Shown one piece after another: positions 12,763 to 28,634 of a stretch of DNA of 64,000 nt. Source of the stretch: the human T2T-CHM13v2.0 reference genome, Homo sapiens. The notes beneath the pieces were generated by a model, which was not told the origin of the DNA, did no database searches, and saw only the letters and a list, made by a program, of their open reading frames with translations. Position 1 is the first letter of the stretch. Each line of letters starts with the position of its first letter. Location of the stretch: NCBI RefSeq assembly GCF_009914755.1, contig NC_060937.1. One strand, written 5' to 3'. Made by a program: the position numbers and the translations under genes.

Positions 12763-14776
12763 CACAATGAACTTTTTCTTCTTTCTTTTTTTTTCGCTGT
12801 CTTTACTTTAGATTGTGATATATTAAATTAATGAGTGATTTAATTTTTTATTATAATCCTAACATCGATCTTAAAAGGTGTTGGTTATCAAATTAATTAA
12901 TTCAGCTTTTAAAAATCATTAATCAAGCTCTTATTCAGCATGTATTATATGTCTAACTCAGTATTGTTAATTATCATATCAATGTAAATGCACCTCAGTC
13001 ACAGAATTTCTTAAATGGGAAAAAATATACAAATTGCTAAGAATTATATGAGACAAGATATGATGAGTAGAATATTGATGATACTGTTTTACTGCCTATA
13101 AAACTCAAAGAAGATAAAGATGAGCATAGTCAAGGGCCATTCAGAAAAGTATAACGTGGCAGATAAAATCATCAAATGATATTTCAAATCACCTGTAGTG
13201 TTTGGCTTGATGAATAAAATCTCATGATAAAAAAGATTCTCCGCCTTCTGCTATGTAAGGATGCTAAAAAGTGCATGTAAGTGTAGATGGCATTTATCTT
13301 ATTGAATAAATGAAAAATTAAATTATTGGAAATTTTGAGGAATATAAAAGATTAAGGAAGGTTAAATTACACCTAGTTAATTATTTAAAATGTATTGAGG
13401 TTCAAATTTAGAACCCATCATACTGGAAAGATGGACATATCTATTCGGCTACTTGATGGTAGCTTTAGGATTGATTAAAATTAATGTTGAATTTTGTGGA
13501 GGAGAATACCCGCATAGAATATCATCTCATGCAGACATATATGGTTGTATGCTTTCTCCTAACAAGGATTTACCATAAATAAGAGTACTATTTTAAGAGA
13601 CCTAAGTTTATATATTTGTTCAAAATTTGTAGGGAAATTTTTTACATTTGTAATACATAATTTTCAGTCAGGGGACACTTTTAATGCTAGTAGGTACATA
13701 GATATTTAAGGTGAAAATATTTAAATTTAAACTAATCATTATCCTTAAAGAATATTAGAAAAGTGGGTGCAACCTTAAAAAATAATCAGCATCTTATTCT
13801 TAAAATATTTGGATGCAAGCGGATAATTCTATAGTGTCTAAGATACCACTGTATACTTAAATGTATGCGATAAATATCTCTTTAATGAGTAAGTGGCTGA
13901 TGAATAAAAAGTAAAATTGAGATAATTCAATGTAGTTGTTTTGGTCAGTAATCACAGTGAATATAATTTCATCAATGCAGATTCTAAAGAAAAATTTAAA
14001 ACAGTTTGTTCATCACAGTATTAAAGAGTTATTTTTGAAATAATATGTAATATTCAGCTAATCCAGTTTTCAGGTTTTTGCCAGTTTTGGCACTATAACA
14101 TATGAAACATAGATCTCATAACTATATCACTTAATCTGTAGGAAAGATATGATGTATACTGATGTAAAATTGACAGAATTACTTAAAAAATACATGTACT
14201 TATAAAATCTTTTTTTCATTTTACATTTTTGTTGAAGGTTATATTTTTAGAGGGGCAGTATAAAAAATGAAAAGATATCTTTTAATCTTTGAAACACACT
14301 ATGTGGGCATAGTTTCTTTCCATTACATATGCCATGGACTTTTCTACTTATTAAACTTGGACTTGTGACAGTTGTGCAAATTTATAGGACTTTTATATAT
14401 TCTAAAAAATGTTAATATGTAATGGTGTAAGGTGCAAAAATAGCAGAAACAGAGACAGACAACTGCTTTAACACAAATAGACATACATTTGTATTATCGT
14501 AAATATTAACTAATTCAAATATATTCAATATTGGTGTGATGTAAAAAAGAAGGTATCATAATAAATATATCAATAGTTACTTAATATCCATAATTTATTT
14601 TATAGTATTAAAGTGGTTTGATAAATTACATTATTTTGATTTTTATCTTACTATAATTTATTATTGTATATACAAAGAGAAGTATATTATTAGAATTCAG
14701 TAATAAACTACATAGAGAAACAAAATCCAGGATTCTTTAATTTTATGTGTCTTTAAGTTGATGATGGCATGAATAA

Positions 14777-15138
<362 letters not shown>

Positions 15139-15959
15139 ATGATGAATACTTTTTAAATTAAAAGTAGTAAATAAAATCTAAAGTTGTTTTTGAAAATTGT
15201 GTCATATTATTTGCACCCTGATGGGTTAAACCTATAGAGTTTAAAGAAAACAATACAAATAAGCTACAGACAATTTTGTTATGGCAGTAAAAAAAAAAAA
15301 AAAAACAAATATACCACCGCAAAACCCATAGAAAAATGTGCTGATCTTACATAAACATTAGCAGTATCAGGCACAAAGCATGATGCCATAGCAAAATAAA
15401 ATCAATAAAAGAAAAGAATGCTAGATGAATTTTAGTAGAAAATGACTCATATCAAAATTTAGTATCACTGCCGTGTTAAGGGTAATGATAAGGTACATTT
15501 CAATTCCCTCTACGGAACTTGGTGATTTTTAAAATTTATCATTAATGTACCCTCAAACAGTTTTAATGGTATATCAGCACGCCATTTAAAAAGTTTTATT
15601 ATTTTAAAAAAATTATAGTGATTATTTTAAAAATAAATTATGCTAAACATATTTAGTTTTTTTATGTATGCTCATAACTAAACTGATTTTCTAAAGCAGA
15701 ATATTCTTCTGGAGTTTCTTAAGCTTAATATTTTAATATGTATTTACATACAAATTGTGTTTTTATTTGTTTCAATTACAGGCATTTTTGAGTCAAAGCA
15801 CATCATACGACATATTATATATTGAGTTAAAAAGCAGCCCATATTTCTAGCTGATGTTCTGTTACTCACTGTACACAAATAGTTAAGTGATACACTGTAT
15901 AATCAAAGACATTGCTCAATAAAATTCTGTTAAGACAGAAATAATTGAACCAGTATTAA

Positions 15960-16145
15960 ACTTTTGTAGATAGACCTTTACAAATACTATTATCAGTGAG
16001 CGAACTTATATTTTATAACTACCTTTTTAATGTAATTAGATATTACATAATGCTCAAAACAATCTACAATAGGATTTTGTTGTTGTTGTTTTAACAAATG
16101 AAGAAAATGAGACTAAAAGAGTCACAGCATGTTGTGTAGCCAAGT
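15960..16145 (-). mobile_element. MIR remnant
   Basis: CTCAAAACAATCTAC...TTTTAACAAATGAAGAAAATGAGACT core motif. Confidence 0.45.
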
Positions 16146-17589
16146 TTAAGCCTCAGCTTTTTATCTTCCTAAGTCTATATCAATAACTAGACTGCAATGA
16201 CTCAGAGAAGCAGATGGTAACTGATGACAGATAACTATCAGTATTTCCATTTTGGAACATTTTAGATGGGAGGAAATGAGTATGGCATTAAAAAGCCTTC
16301 TTGCTTTTAACTGCACATTATTTCTTGAAGAAAAATTTGAAAATAATAAGTATATCAAGAGGAAATAGAATAAAGCTTTCTAGGCCAATTAGAGGCTATG
16401 CGTAAGAGAAAGACAATACGGAAATAAAGCACAGCAACACCTGTGAATCAGGCAATGAGGAGCTGAGAACTCAAAGGCTGACTGGCCTTCTACTACCCCA
16501 ACGTGTGTGACATGCTCTATGTGATCCCTGATGGACTGCAATAATTGATGCTTGAGACTAAGTCAAAGAGAATGAGGAATTACAAAATGATGAATAGGAT
16601 TAAAAAGCATTGTCTAAACTAAGCTGAGAGAAAGTCTGTCTTAAATCTTAAAAACCTCATTATGGATTAAAACTCAGGAATGTTACGTATGTTGGAAAGA
16701 CTACATATCTTAATGCCGATGAAAATGGAACTGCAATGGCTAAAATATCATTTCTGAGCTAGAGGTTTGATTGTCAGAAAGAATGACTTGTGAATTCAGA
16801 TTTTGCTCCAAGTGATGAAGAGCTAGTGATAAAGTACATAATAAATACTAGTATGGAGTCACTAATCCATAAATTAATTTTTGTTGGATTTATCCTGAAA
16901 ACATTATTTATTCAGACATATCCATATATACATTCAAATATATTTGTGTGTGTATATATAAATGATATATGCAATATATATTTAAATATAGAATATATTT
17001 CCTTAGAAAACTAAATCAAATCTGAAAATTAATGTCTAAAATATCTAAATGTGCTCACATTACAGTATAACAAATTCACTTCTAGTATATCTACATATGA
17101 TTTAAAATGAAATTTATTTTATCCTATTCCAATAGAAATGTATTCTCAAGTTAAGTTTAACTTCCTCTACCTTTTTCTTACTTAGCAATGACAGCAAGTA
17201 GCTTATCTAGTATTTAACAACAAAATAATATAGAAAACACTCTAATCAGTGTGCAAATAATTGCTCCAGTGTTTACTATGTTATATGTTAAAATTCTGTC
17301 AAAACATCATTTTCTTTTTCTTAAGAAGAGGAAATACAGTGAGAGAGATGTCCATACAACATCATTCGAGGCATAACAAAAGTCTACGCAGTAAATTTGA
17401 CATAAAGTATTTGATTTAGAAAATAGGAAAAAATAAGGGAAATTTTTATATACATTTGAACCTACTAGGGATCCAATTTCCAGTATATAATGTTTACCAA
17501 GTATCGTTTGTCTGACTTTATTATGTTAACATTTTAAAGACTTAACTGTTTTCCTGAACTGGGTAGGGGAGGAGTTAAGACAGAGAGAC

Positions 17590-18620
17590 AGAGAGAAACA
17601 AGGAGAAAGATAGAGATAGAGATATTTAATTGGGATTTGCCTAAATAGTTGAAATAAGACAAGGGTCAATGTTTTTCAGATTACTATTAATTTGGGTTCC
17701 TTTGTTTGCAAATTCCAAAATATTTTGCAATTGGGTAAAATTGATAATGAGACTTACCACGGTATACAAGAATTTTTGTTTTATTTTAGAAATTTTCCAA
17801 AGGAAATTTTCTTATGAAAAAATATAATTTATATTTTAAAATAATACTCTATTTAAAAAAAATCTATTTGCAAAGAATCTACTTGAAAAAATAATATATT
17901 TTCAAAAATCTATTTAAATAATATTTGATCCATTTAAGATTTTGTAATTTACTGATATTTGATGAAACATTTAAGATTTAGTGCATTTTGTATTGAGTTA
18001 CAAATAGAATTGTTTAGTTTTTATTTATTTCATTGATATGCCTTTTTCTATATTATTTCTTATTTGAAAGAATGAATTTTTTTTATGTTTTTTTAACTTT
18101 TGGAGTTAAAGACTGCCATCACAGTTTGGAAATTTCTTTGTTTCTGAAAAATGTCCTCCAACTGAAAATTTTCCCTTTAGCTGTTTCTGACATGTTACAG
18201 TAATTCAGTTCTAAGTAAGCCATAATTTCTTCAAAGTTTTTTTCTTTTGCTTGTGGGATGTTTACTATAGTTTTCCAAAACAAGTTATTTTTAATACCCC
18301 ATTTTTTAGTGAGCTCTAATTTCATTTTATTCCATATAGGTAATTTATTATAAGTTATGTTGTTTAATATTTTAAGGTTCTTTGATGGTCCAGTGTATGT
18401 TTATTTTGATTATTTCATATCAAAATAATAAATTATTTCCCTTCAAATCCTGCTAAATATTAACCCATGATTTTATTTTAACTAGTGTTGCTCTTAAGAT
18501 CAATTCTTAATTTTTAATAAATAGCTTTGTATTTCCAGAAGCCTTCAGAAATACGTCTTAATGCTTTAAAATTTACTTTTCTAAGTAGCTATTTGGATTT
18601 GCTTCTCATATAGTTTATTT
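17590..18620 (-). mobile_element. Highly decayed L1M fragment(s)
   Basis: T-rich strand with antisense ORF2-like motifs such as TTTTCCCTTTAGCTGTTTCTGAC and TCTAATTTCATTTTATTCC. Confidence 0.4.
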
Positions 18621-20545
18621 AATACTCTATGTACCCTTTCAAGCTGATATTTTATACATTTTAAAAATTGGATTTGGTGAATCCAATTTTTGGATTTTTT
18701 GAATTTTTGAATTTTTGGTGAATTTTTATCAAATTTTGCCAGAATATAAATCATTTGTGGAGTAACATAAATATACTTTTAGATTTGCAGGGATGTGCAT
18801 GAGTACCCTCCCCTAATTCTTCTGGGACAAACTCCTTAAGGCTCCATTATTTTTGTTTATTTGTTTTAAATCAAATAAATGAAATACATGACTTCCAGGA
18901 AACAGATGAGAAAACTCAGGAGGGCAAGGGAATAAAATCTGAGAGTGCAAATTCAGCTTCAGGCTTAGAAAGCAAAGGAACAAATCAAAACAGGGACCCA
19001 GAGAATATAGAGTACAAGAATCATGTGTCCAAGAAGGAAATGCACTTGTGCAACTGCTAACATGATATTTAAAAGTGTTAGATTATTTCAGATATTACTT
19101 TCATTGCTATACTTATTGTATATAAGTGTGTGTGTGTTTACCATGTAACAGCCCATTTAGAACAAACAGAAATCCAGGTATCTGTTTATCCCAGTGTTTC
19201 GAAAATGAAACTAGCAAAACATAATGAATTGAGTACCACCTCTCCCTTCGAACCAACAAAATTCCTTGTTTTCAAGATTTTAATTAAAACACTTTAACAT
19301 CTAACACACATATTAAATGTTGAAATATTTAAATGGTTAATTTGGAAAATTATTTATGCCAATGATTGTCCTGACTTCAATGTAGATCATCGACACTCAA
19401 TACTGTGTATATTTTATGTTTACAGTAGATCTAAATGCATAATTGTTGCTTTCTTTGTAGGTCACAGACTTCAATAGATGATATTGCCTCAAAATTTTTT
19501 CATATTGAAAAAATGAATATGAATAAGTGGATAAACATTGCATGCTACTACTTGGAGAAATATATGCAACAATATCTTGCATTAAGCTTTTATTTTAGAA
19601 AGTCACAATTTCTGTAGTCTCAACTTTTTGATAGGTCAATAAAAAGTCATGATTGTAGAATATTGAGTTTTAAAGCTAATGCTCTCTCTAATGTATATAA
19701 TTGAAAGCAAGTCTTTTGGAAATGGACCAGCTCCTTTTTATTTTCAGTTCTGTGCTTGAAATTTTTTATACTTTATTCTTAAGGCCATAATTGGGGTGAA
19801 AAGTTAGGATCTGAAAAAATTTCTGATGGTGTCTTTTTTATTTCTGACATTTTGTAGTTAAATGATAAATGATGAAAAATTCAGAAGAAGAGATTTTTGT
19901 CATGGGTCCAAGGCTTTGGAACACTCTGTTCCTCCTCCAGTTCTGACAAAGGCTTAATATAAGAACATTTAGAAAAAATTCAAAAGATAGCTCTTCATTG
20001 GTATTCTGTCTTTACCAAACTAATTCTTATTTTGACTTAGGCTTTGCCTCTATAAAGACATAGAATCTAAAAACCTAATTTATATGAAAATTAAATGTAG
20101 AGTCATTTACAATGATATATGCATAATGTATATATTATATGCATATATTTATATAATAAAATAAGATATGCCTAAATACTTATGTGATTCTACTATACTT
20201 CTCATTTCCCTGGAGTTGATTGATTCTAGATTTTTAAAATAGAAGGTGTTTATTCTTTACTTCGATATTGTTATGAATACCAACTGATTTATTTATGGAT
20301 CACACTTATTAACAAGCAAACCACACAGCTGGGAAGATGATCATTAAAACTGTTTTTCACTTTTTTTTCGAATTTGGATCAAACTATATGTTTTACATAT
20401 ATTCTTTTGTTTTGGACAAAAGACAGTTGAAAAATATGGTCCAATGTTATATATGCACAGTACTCATTTCTTTTTGCTTAAATGACAATGATCTCAATGA
20501 AGAAACAACACAAACAAAAAGCAAACTGTTTATCGTGCTATAAGA

Positions 20546-20800
20546 GACAGTGTAGAATAATACAATGGTTGTAGGTTCTTGAAACAGATGTCTAAGTACA
20601 AATCTCAGCTGCATCACTTACTAGGGGTGACTTTGAGTCATGCAGCTAACTTTTCTATGCCTCAATGACCTCCAAAGTAAAGCAAAGATAATAGTATCCA
20701 CCTCAAAAGAATGAAGTTAAGAGTAAACATGTTCATTTCTGCGAAGTTAGTTGCAAAAGTTTTATATAAACTGAACACACAATAAATGTTAACTTTTATT
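20546..20800 (+). mobile_element. MIR (MIRb-like), near full length
   Basis: CAAATCTCAGCT..CACTTACTAG..GTGACTTTG..TAACTTTTCTATGCCTCA..ATAATAGTATCCACCTCA..CAATAAATGTTA. Confidence 0.75.
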
Positions 20801-21309
20801 ACCTTATTAATATTAAGCAGACTTCTTATTCACTCATTTCTACAGTCCACAAATATAAATTAAACTTCAATAATATTAAGCATATTTTTGGTGCTGAATA
20901 CATAAATTCGTTTCAGTCAAGGTTCTTTTTTTCTAGGTGAAATTTACTCTAGCTAAATAAATTAGAAAAATACATGTATTGAATATATAGAAAGTGGATC
21001 AAAGTATTTGAAGACTAATGAAATGGCAAGTATTTTAGAGGTATCTGAAACAACAGTAAAGGTTTGAGGAGTAGTAGATGGAAACACTGCTGCTGAGGTT
21101 ATAGCTACAAATTTCTACTGATGCTACTACTCTGGATGCCAGTGCTGTGGAAATGCCAGTCTTTTTGGTAGGATTGTAACAACATCAACAACAAGAACAA
21201 AACTCTAACACTTTATGTTAATTACACATCAAATTTCACAGTTTCAGGATGGGACATTTCATTTGATGAGATAATAAACCTAAGATTAACAACCAAGTTA
21301 TTGGGAGAA

Positions 21310-22260
21310 TACCACTCTTTTCCTCAAGAGCTTATGGTTTGATTGGAAAAGAAAGAGAAATAAAACTATAATTTGTAAGAATGTGGTAAAGATATAACTA
21401 TAGAAGTCAGAATTCATTTGTGGGCATCAAGAATAAATAAAATAGTTCTGAGACAAAGAAGAGTTTCATATGAAGCAAATTTGGAGCAGATTACCTCTTA
21501 TAGTATTTGGAGGAAATGTGCTCAAAAGTATTATATGCCAAAGAGAAAGAGTGATCCAAGAAAGAGGTAGATGAAAATAATGCTGTGTATACATAAAATC
21601 AAATATAATAATTTTCGCTGGATCCCAATGTGGAGAGTTTGTGTGTGTGTGTGTGTGTGTTTGTTAAGGACAGGTGTGTGTGTATGATGACAATTGAGCT
21701 TGAGGTGTTAGTGTTCAAGTCCAGAAATTTATCAGTTTTATGTGTAAAAACAAGACATTTAGACCTTATCCTAGAGTATAGTGCAAGTATTATGTTGTTG
21801 AAGATTTTACAGATGAAACACATGAACTTTTATAGGAACATTAAGTTAATAATTAAAAAACCCATAAAAGCAATGGGAGTTAGATTAATATTCTAGTCAA
21901 GAAATGACATATGTCCATGAAAAGACAGTAAGTGTGACACCTTTAAGAAAATATTTAGTAAAAATACATTGAGATATTATAAATACTGTACAAATACTGT
22001 ATTAACAGCTTTATGCTAGTAGTCAGAGAAATGCATTCATAGCTTTGAAATTTAGAATTGTATAGAATGGTAGTGTGACTTACCAAGAGATAACCAGGCT
22101 GAAATGCATGTTTGGAAGGAATTTCGGCTTGGAATATTTTGACTTGAAGTATTTGTTTGGAATGTCAAGTTGCACATATAAACCTGAAAAAGAGAAAAAA
22201 CCTTTTCCTTAGAAATATATAATGCATGGAAAAATAGTATTTAAAATATCATTAAAACCC
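21310..22260 (-). mobile_element. L2 remnant containing a (TG)n run
   Basis: CCTCAAGAGCTTATGGTTTG and GAATTTCGGCTTGGAATATTTTGACTTGAAGT antisense L2 motifs. Confidence 0.4.
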
Positions 22261-22539
22261 CCAATTTGGTGAAACCAACGAGAAGTCCACTGGTAAGTGA
22301 GTCCAAGGAATGCTGTCGTCATGGGTCAACCTCCCTCCTGTCTCAGCTGCTGCTGACTTAGTGCAGGATAAAGAAATGTTGAAAATGGTTTAGGGTTGAG
22401 GGCAGGAATAAAATGAACTTGCCCAGCAAAGTATTTAACTAACTTCTATGACATCCAGGTGAATTACTGTCTATAAAACCCCAATAACCTAGTATCCAAG
22501 GGTAAAATTTCAGAGTAATCTAAGATTCTCATTTTATTT

Positions 22540-23320
22540 ATTGTCTACCATATCTGTGTACATATTATTTTACTCCATGTTCAGAACATATCTATAAGCA
22601 GACACTTTTTGACATCTTTATTGTAAACACTGATTTTGAGGAATCATAGTTTTTTTTTCTGTGTTGGTAATTGAACATTCTGATGGTTTTGCTAGCCACC
22701 ACTCTTGCCAGTAGAACATCATGGTTGCTCCCTCTTCCACCCCCAGGGCAATTCGGAGCACATCTTTTACATTTTTAAAATCCTTCAGTGGCTTTCAATC
22801 ACATCTAAAGTAAAAGCCAATTTCTTTATCAAGTCTCATTATTTGTTTATTTATTTACTTATGGTGTTCTCCTTGCTGTCTACTTCTACAACATTACCCT
22901 TTACCATTCTCCTCCTGTTAACTCTAGTCCAGTCACACTCTGCTTCTTTTAGTTTTTCAAGGATGCTGATTTCTTTTTGTCTTAAGTTCTCTAAACATGC
23001 TGAGTTCTTAATTCCATGAATTAATTCCCCATATTTTCACATAGGTCACTCCTCAATCAGCTGGTCCCTGTTCAAAAGTCTCTTTCTCTAGAATGCTCTC
23101 TAAACCCTCTACAAAAACGTTCCCATCCCATTCCATTTACTCCCTTTTTTTTGACCCTGATTATTATCTACATAGCCGATCACTACATGAAATATCAGGT
23201 ATGTATATGTTTACTTGTTTAATATTTGTGTACTGTTTTCATAGTTCACTGCTGTTTCACCAACACTTGCAACAGTGTTTGGGATATATTGGCTACTCTT
23301 TAAATAATTAATAACCTGAG
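22540..23320 (+). mobile_element. L2 (L2a-like) 3' part
   Basis: AAAATCCTTCAGTGGCTTTC..CAGTCACACT..TTCACTGCTGTTTCACCAACACTTGCAACAGTG. Confidence 0.7.
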
Positions 23321-26151
23321 TGTACAAAAACTATCACAGACGCTTTACTGGCACATGGGTAGAAGCTAATCCAGTGATATTATCTGAAAATTAAACATAC
23401 ATAGACATACCTTTATTTAAGTATTTGTGTGACATATTTTAAATATGAATTAGAAAGTAACTGTAGCAGAACATGTGCTTGCTCTGATCTTACTCTCTTG
23501 TAGGACTGATCACATAATTAGTTTTGGGCTTGCTAAACATTTTGCCATTCTTTCTGCTTACATTGTGAATTCCTTAAGCTATGGACTAGGGAAGATATAC
23601 TTATACACTCACATACACACATATGTATTTATATCTGTGGGGCATATATGTTATAATCAAATACATTAATATTGTAATCAAATATTAACTGTAGAACACT
23701 GGGGTTCTGAGACATAAACTTTTCAATTCAAAAAATAAATAAAATACCCAGGATTTTATCTTACATCTTTCTGGTAAAATACTGGTAATAATTTCCATTA
23801 AGCTATGTTAATGATGACCTATTCTTTCTCCATGGAGTGTTTATAATTTAATAGTTTATGTAATTCTCAAGAAGTATATATATTATAAGAATATAAAGTG
23901 ATAATTTTATACACTGGCCATTAAGTTAGTCTGATCTTGGCAGAGCAGTATTTAGACACCCTAAGATTGTTCTGTCATAAGCACCTTGCGCACAATTGCA
24001 CATTTAATGCATCTCATTTGTCTTAAACTGCAGTTAGACAGCATCCTGACCTTCTATTCACAGGGTGGATAATTGACTAAGTGAGTTGAGAAAACCATTT
24101 GTTTGACCTCTGTGGGAGGGAGTTCCATCAGTCTTCTGGCACCAGAAGGAAGAAAGTTATGATTAAATAACCACAACCTCCAACAGCTCTGAACACATTC
24201 CTCTCACTCACGTGCTGTAGTTTTGTGCCAATGAGTCTGCTCCTGGCCAGGCACATTCTGTTCCCCTCTCCAGCCATAACTCAATCTTGTAACGGGTGCC
24301 ACCATCCTCATAACTGACTCTGGCTCAGAATCCAGTATCTGCTTTCCTTCTGGCACAGAAACCTCCTTCTCATTCCAACCTCATTCCCTTTCTATGCCTA
24401 GCCTCTGCTTTTATGTTGGTACCCTTCCAAATGTCAATTCCAATCCTTTTTCCTATTCTGAGTTACATTTTCCTCATTGATCTTCTGATTCCAAGGCTCT
24501 GATTATTTCTTCTTCTTTTCTTTCCTCTCTTCTTTCTCATTAGTCTAATTAGTATCTATTTTATGTTTGTTTATATTATTTGCCTATATCCAAAAATTTA
24601 ATGTTTCTAAATACTAAAATCCACTACAACCTTTATTGATAAAATACTTGCAGGTCATATAAAAAAGAGTCACTTTTTTGGTATTTCTATATGATATATA
24701 CTAGCAGATTACCTCAAGCATCTCAGTATAGAACCTAAAAAAGATATGATAGCACATTATGTTAAGTAAATTTTTCTGTGTAAGTTTAACATATGAAGGG
24801 CATTTAACTCAAGTTACAACTTGAGTCAAAGTTTTCAAAATATATAGCAGTTTAAGGGAAGCTGAGGAGTCTCATTTTTGCCTCCAATTAATGTAGATTA
24901 ATTAGAAGTATATACCAATTTAATAAAAATATTTTAGGAAAGACTGCATTAATGCTGGAATTTCTGATCTGAATTTTCCAACTGTAAGTATACACTCTTA
25001 CACTAGACATTTACAATCACATTCTTACACAGAAACACACACACACACAACTTCAAAACTATTTAATCTGATTTTTTCACTCTATGACCTTTAATCATCA
25101 TTAGTCCACTTGGGGCTGAGGCCTACTTATTTAACAAATGTTTATTACCTGGTCACTTTTTCACTCCTGGAGGGGACCGCCTTCCTTGGAAATTACATAT
25201 TTTAGTTCTTCTATCCCCAAAATCCATTCTTCAAATGGCTCTGATTTAGTTTTTTTCTGTTTATATTGTTCCATTTTGTATTTTCTATTTATACTGTTTA
25301 ATGTCTTGCTCTCAGAAGTCTAGGATATTTTCTTGGTCTTGATATATTTTTCATATAAATATAGGTAAGAATTTCAAGTTATATTATTATATTTCAGATA
25401 TAGTATAGTGCATACACCCCTAAATATGTAAACATATGTCAATATAGAAGGATTGACATTGTTGTGCAGTGAAGAGAACAGCAATGAGAAAATAAGAATA
25501 AAAATTAAGTGGAAGGAAAAAATGGAAATGGAGATTACAAGAAAAATACAGTTTGTTTATGGTGGGAGAAAATAGTAGTTATATGATAATGCTATGTTCC
25601 AAAATGGTAATCTAAAAGAGATATGTAGAGACAGTTTGTATTTTGGAGAGAGGCACAGAGAAAGAACAAAATTTAACATAATGCTAAAATTAGGGTATTC
25701 GATTGCTGGTCCTTAACTCAATTTTTTAAATGTAATATTCTCAATTACAATACACTTTCACAGTATTTATGCAATTAAAACTGTAATAGTAATATGGTTT
25801 AATCTCCGCTACCTTTGTGGCTTCATTACCCCTCAATCTGCTTTAAGACAAGCACTCTTTAAAAGCTCTTATCTTCAAAGCAGTAATTAAAGCAAAGTGG
25901 AGAATGGAGAAGCATTTATTTTGTAAAATACAGAAATATTTTCACGTTATAAATATTTTACTAGACAAAGAAGTTCAAGTAACTGACAATCTGTCACAAA
26001 TTAATATGTTTGGTTATTTTTGGATAACAGCATCTAAAATATGTATATCAAAAATCAAAGTGGCCTACGTTTTCCAGGTATCTTTAAAGCTGTTATGTTT
26101 GCACAGTGACAAAACATGTATTAAGACAGTACTTTCTTGGTATATGGTGAT

Positions 26152-26168
26152 ATAGATAGATGATAGAC

Positions 26169-26218
<50 letters not shown>
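26152..26218. repeat. Compound GATA STR ending in (ATAG)12
   Basis: TAGATAGATGATAGACAG followed by 12 ATAG units. Confidence 0.97.
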
Positions 26219-26219
<1 letters not shown>

Positions 26220-27939
26220 AATGTATTAGGTAAATTCATTTAACCATGTATTTACCATACATGGTTACATGGCAAAATAATAGATGAAGAAAATTAAAAT
26301 CTAAGCAGATTGACAATTGAAATTGAAAGCTGTATTCTTTGTAAAAAGAATAAATGTCATTGCTTCTTTTTATGTAATGTGATACTAAGTACAAAATTAG
26401 TCATATGCAGCAACTAAACATCTTATTAGCCTCTAATACATATTACATAAACAAATACTGTTTAATCAGGCTTCGCAAGTGACAAATCTGACTGCTATGT
26501 TATCTAACAACAAACATTCTGCTATTCACACAGATAGTAGGTTTCAAATATTATTAAAACATGACAGTCCTTTGTTTTTGTTAATTTAATTCTTCCTAAA
26601 CACAATACATAAAATATATAAAAGCAGTATTTTTCTGCCTGGTCAAGAAAATGAAGGAGAAAAGAGGAAGTGGGAAGTTTAACAAACATATGTTATTACA
26701 AAAAACACATTTCATTAAACACCTCCCTAAAATTTCAGGTGGTATTTTTTGCTTTTATTTTTTCCCTCGACCCCCACTTAACATAAAATAGGGTGAAATT
26801 GTTCTCAATCATCTGAAAACCCTGCATGACTTAACCAGTAAATCAACACAAATAAAGAAAAAAAACAGGTCACAGAATCAAAAATTGTGTATGATATCTC
26901 ATTAATAAACTATAAGAAATAAGCAAAATTTCCTTTGGCCATTCAGATTAATAATATCTCCCTTGTCTTATAATGATTTGAGATCGTATGAATATTCGGA
27001 AAGACTGTTGAAGGATGGATAACTTTGACAAGCTATATAATACCATTAAGTTAAATAATCTCACCTGTTAAGTTAAAATGCAGAGTCCTAAGTATTATAT
27101 AACAACTCAAGAAATAAAATAAAGACAGAGGACATTCAGTTAAAAATCTTACTGCCTTTGGCTAAAAGGCAAAATGCATGTTGATAATTAATATTACCCT
27201 ACCCTTTTCAAAGTTACTGTACAGCTATACCTATACACTAATTAGTAATTGGTAAGAATGAGCTGCCTCAAGCTGACTATAAACTTCAGTAATTTGTGCT
27301 CAGAAAAGGTAGATACAATTAAAAAACAATGCAAATGAAGACTCCCATGAATTTTGCAGATGAGGGAAATACTTGCCTAATACCTCTTAACGTTTGGGGG
27401 AAGAGATATACTTGAGACTTCAATACAGTATATTTAAGACTGAGTAAAATAAAATGTACATGATAGACAGTAAGCTGATATCCATATTGTAAATAATAAG
27501 TTATTTTAGGCAGAAATTTTAAACAAATTCATCATGATTTGAATGATGGTATGCGTGACAGCCATCATCACAGGATGGCCTTGAGTTGTATGTAGTTGTT
27601 TAAATTATTTCAGAGAAAAACAACAACAACAACAACATGTGTTTCCTATTACAACCTATGGAGTTGCAGTTAGAGACAAGCTCAAAAGCTGAACTGGTTG
27701 GTCCATTTTGAAATTTCCTCATTATTGTCATATTTCATGAAAATTGCCTCATACATATAAATAGAAGTAAGTCTAATTTCCTATTTTCTGGCTAGGGGAA
27801 CTCGATGTCTTTCGAAAATATAGACGCTAGCCCTCCTTGAGACATTATAATTCAGTTATTCATGTACAGTTGGCTAAAAACACATACCAATCTTTTTGCT
27901 TAAGAACCACACAAGGGAAAAAATGTGGAAATTTAGTAA

Positions 27940-28122
27940 AACTCAATTTTAAGTGTCCATGAATGACAGAGCACATTCACACTCATTCATTTACATATTT
28001 TCTATGCCTGTTTTTTATGCTAAATCTGTAGAGTTTAGTAATGGCAAAAGATACCGTATGGTCCACAAGGCCTAAAATAGCTACTATCTGTACCTTACAG
28101 AAAAAAAAAAGAGCTGACTCTT
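27940..28122. mobile_element. MER58 (hAT-Charlie) non-autonomous element
   Basis: GATACCGTATGGTCCACAAGGCCTAAAATAGCTACTATCTG..TTACAGAAAAA. Confidence 0.75.
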
Positions 28123-28634
28123 TTTCTGACCTCTGGTCTAAGTCAAGTCTGTCCCACAAGACACAAGGTACAATGCTTTTTCCACATGAGGTCAGGAAGA
28201 ATCTCAAAACTACAGAGTCAGGCCTCACATTATCAATAGGACCATCCTAGCCTTCTGCAAGCTTTCAGGCTTTAGTCAAAGCTGGCACATTTTCAGTGAA
28301 TCCTTAGTCCACTGGTGGTCTGCAAGAGCCAGAGCTCTCATGTAGACCCCAGCACCACATGAATCCCAGGAATTACCAATTTCTGAAATAGAGAAAAGGG
28401 AAAAGGGAAAGGCATTGGGTTTGGGCCAAATTCTTAGTATATTCCACTTTTTCCGGTATGAGAAATGTGTATCCTAGTCTCCATTATCTTTAGGAATATC
28501 GCCATTACTGTGAACACAATGTGATACCTGAATTTCTCTAATAATTCAATTACTTTATCTGATTCTGGACCCTAACCCTATACTCTGTATTCAATGTTTT
28601 ACCCTGTCCCCAAGAAGATATTTGCTAGCAGTAA

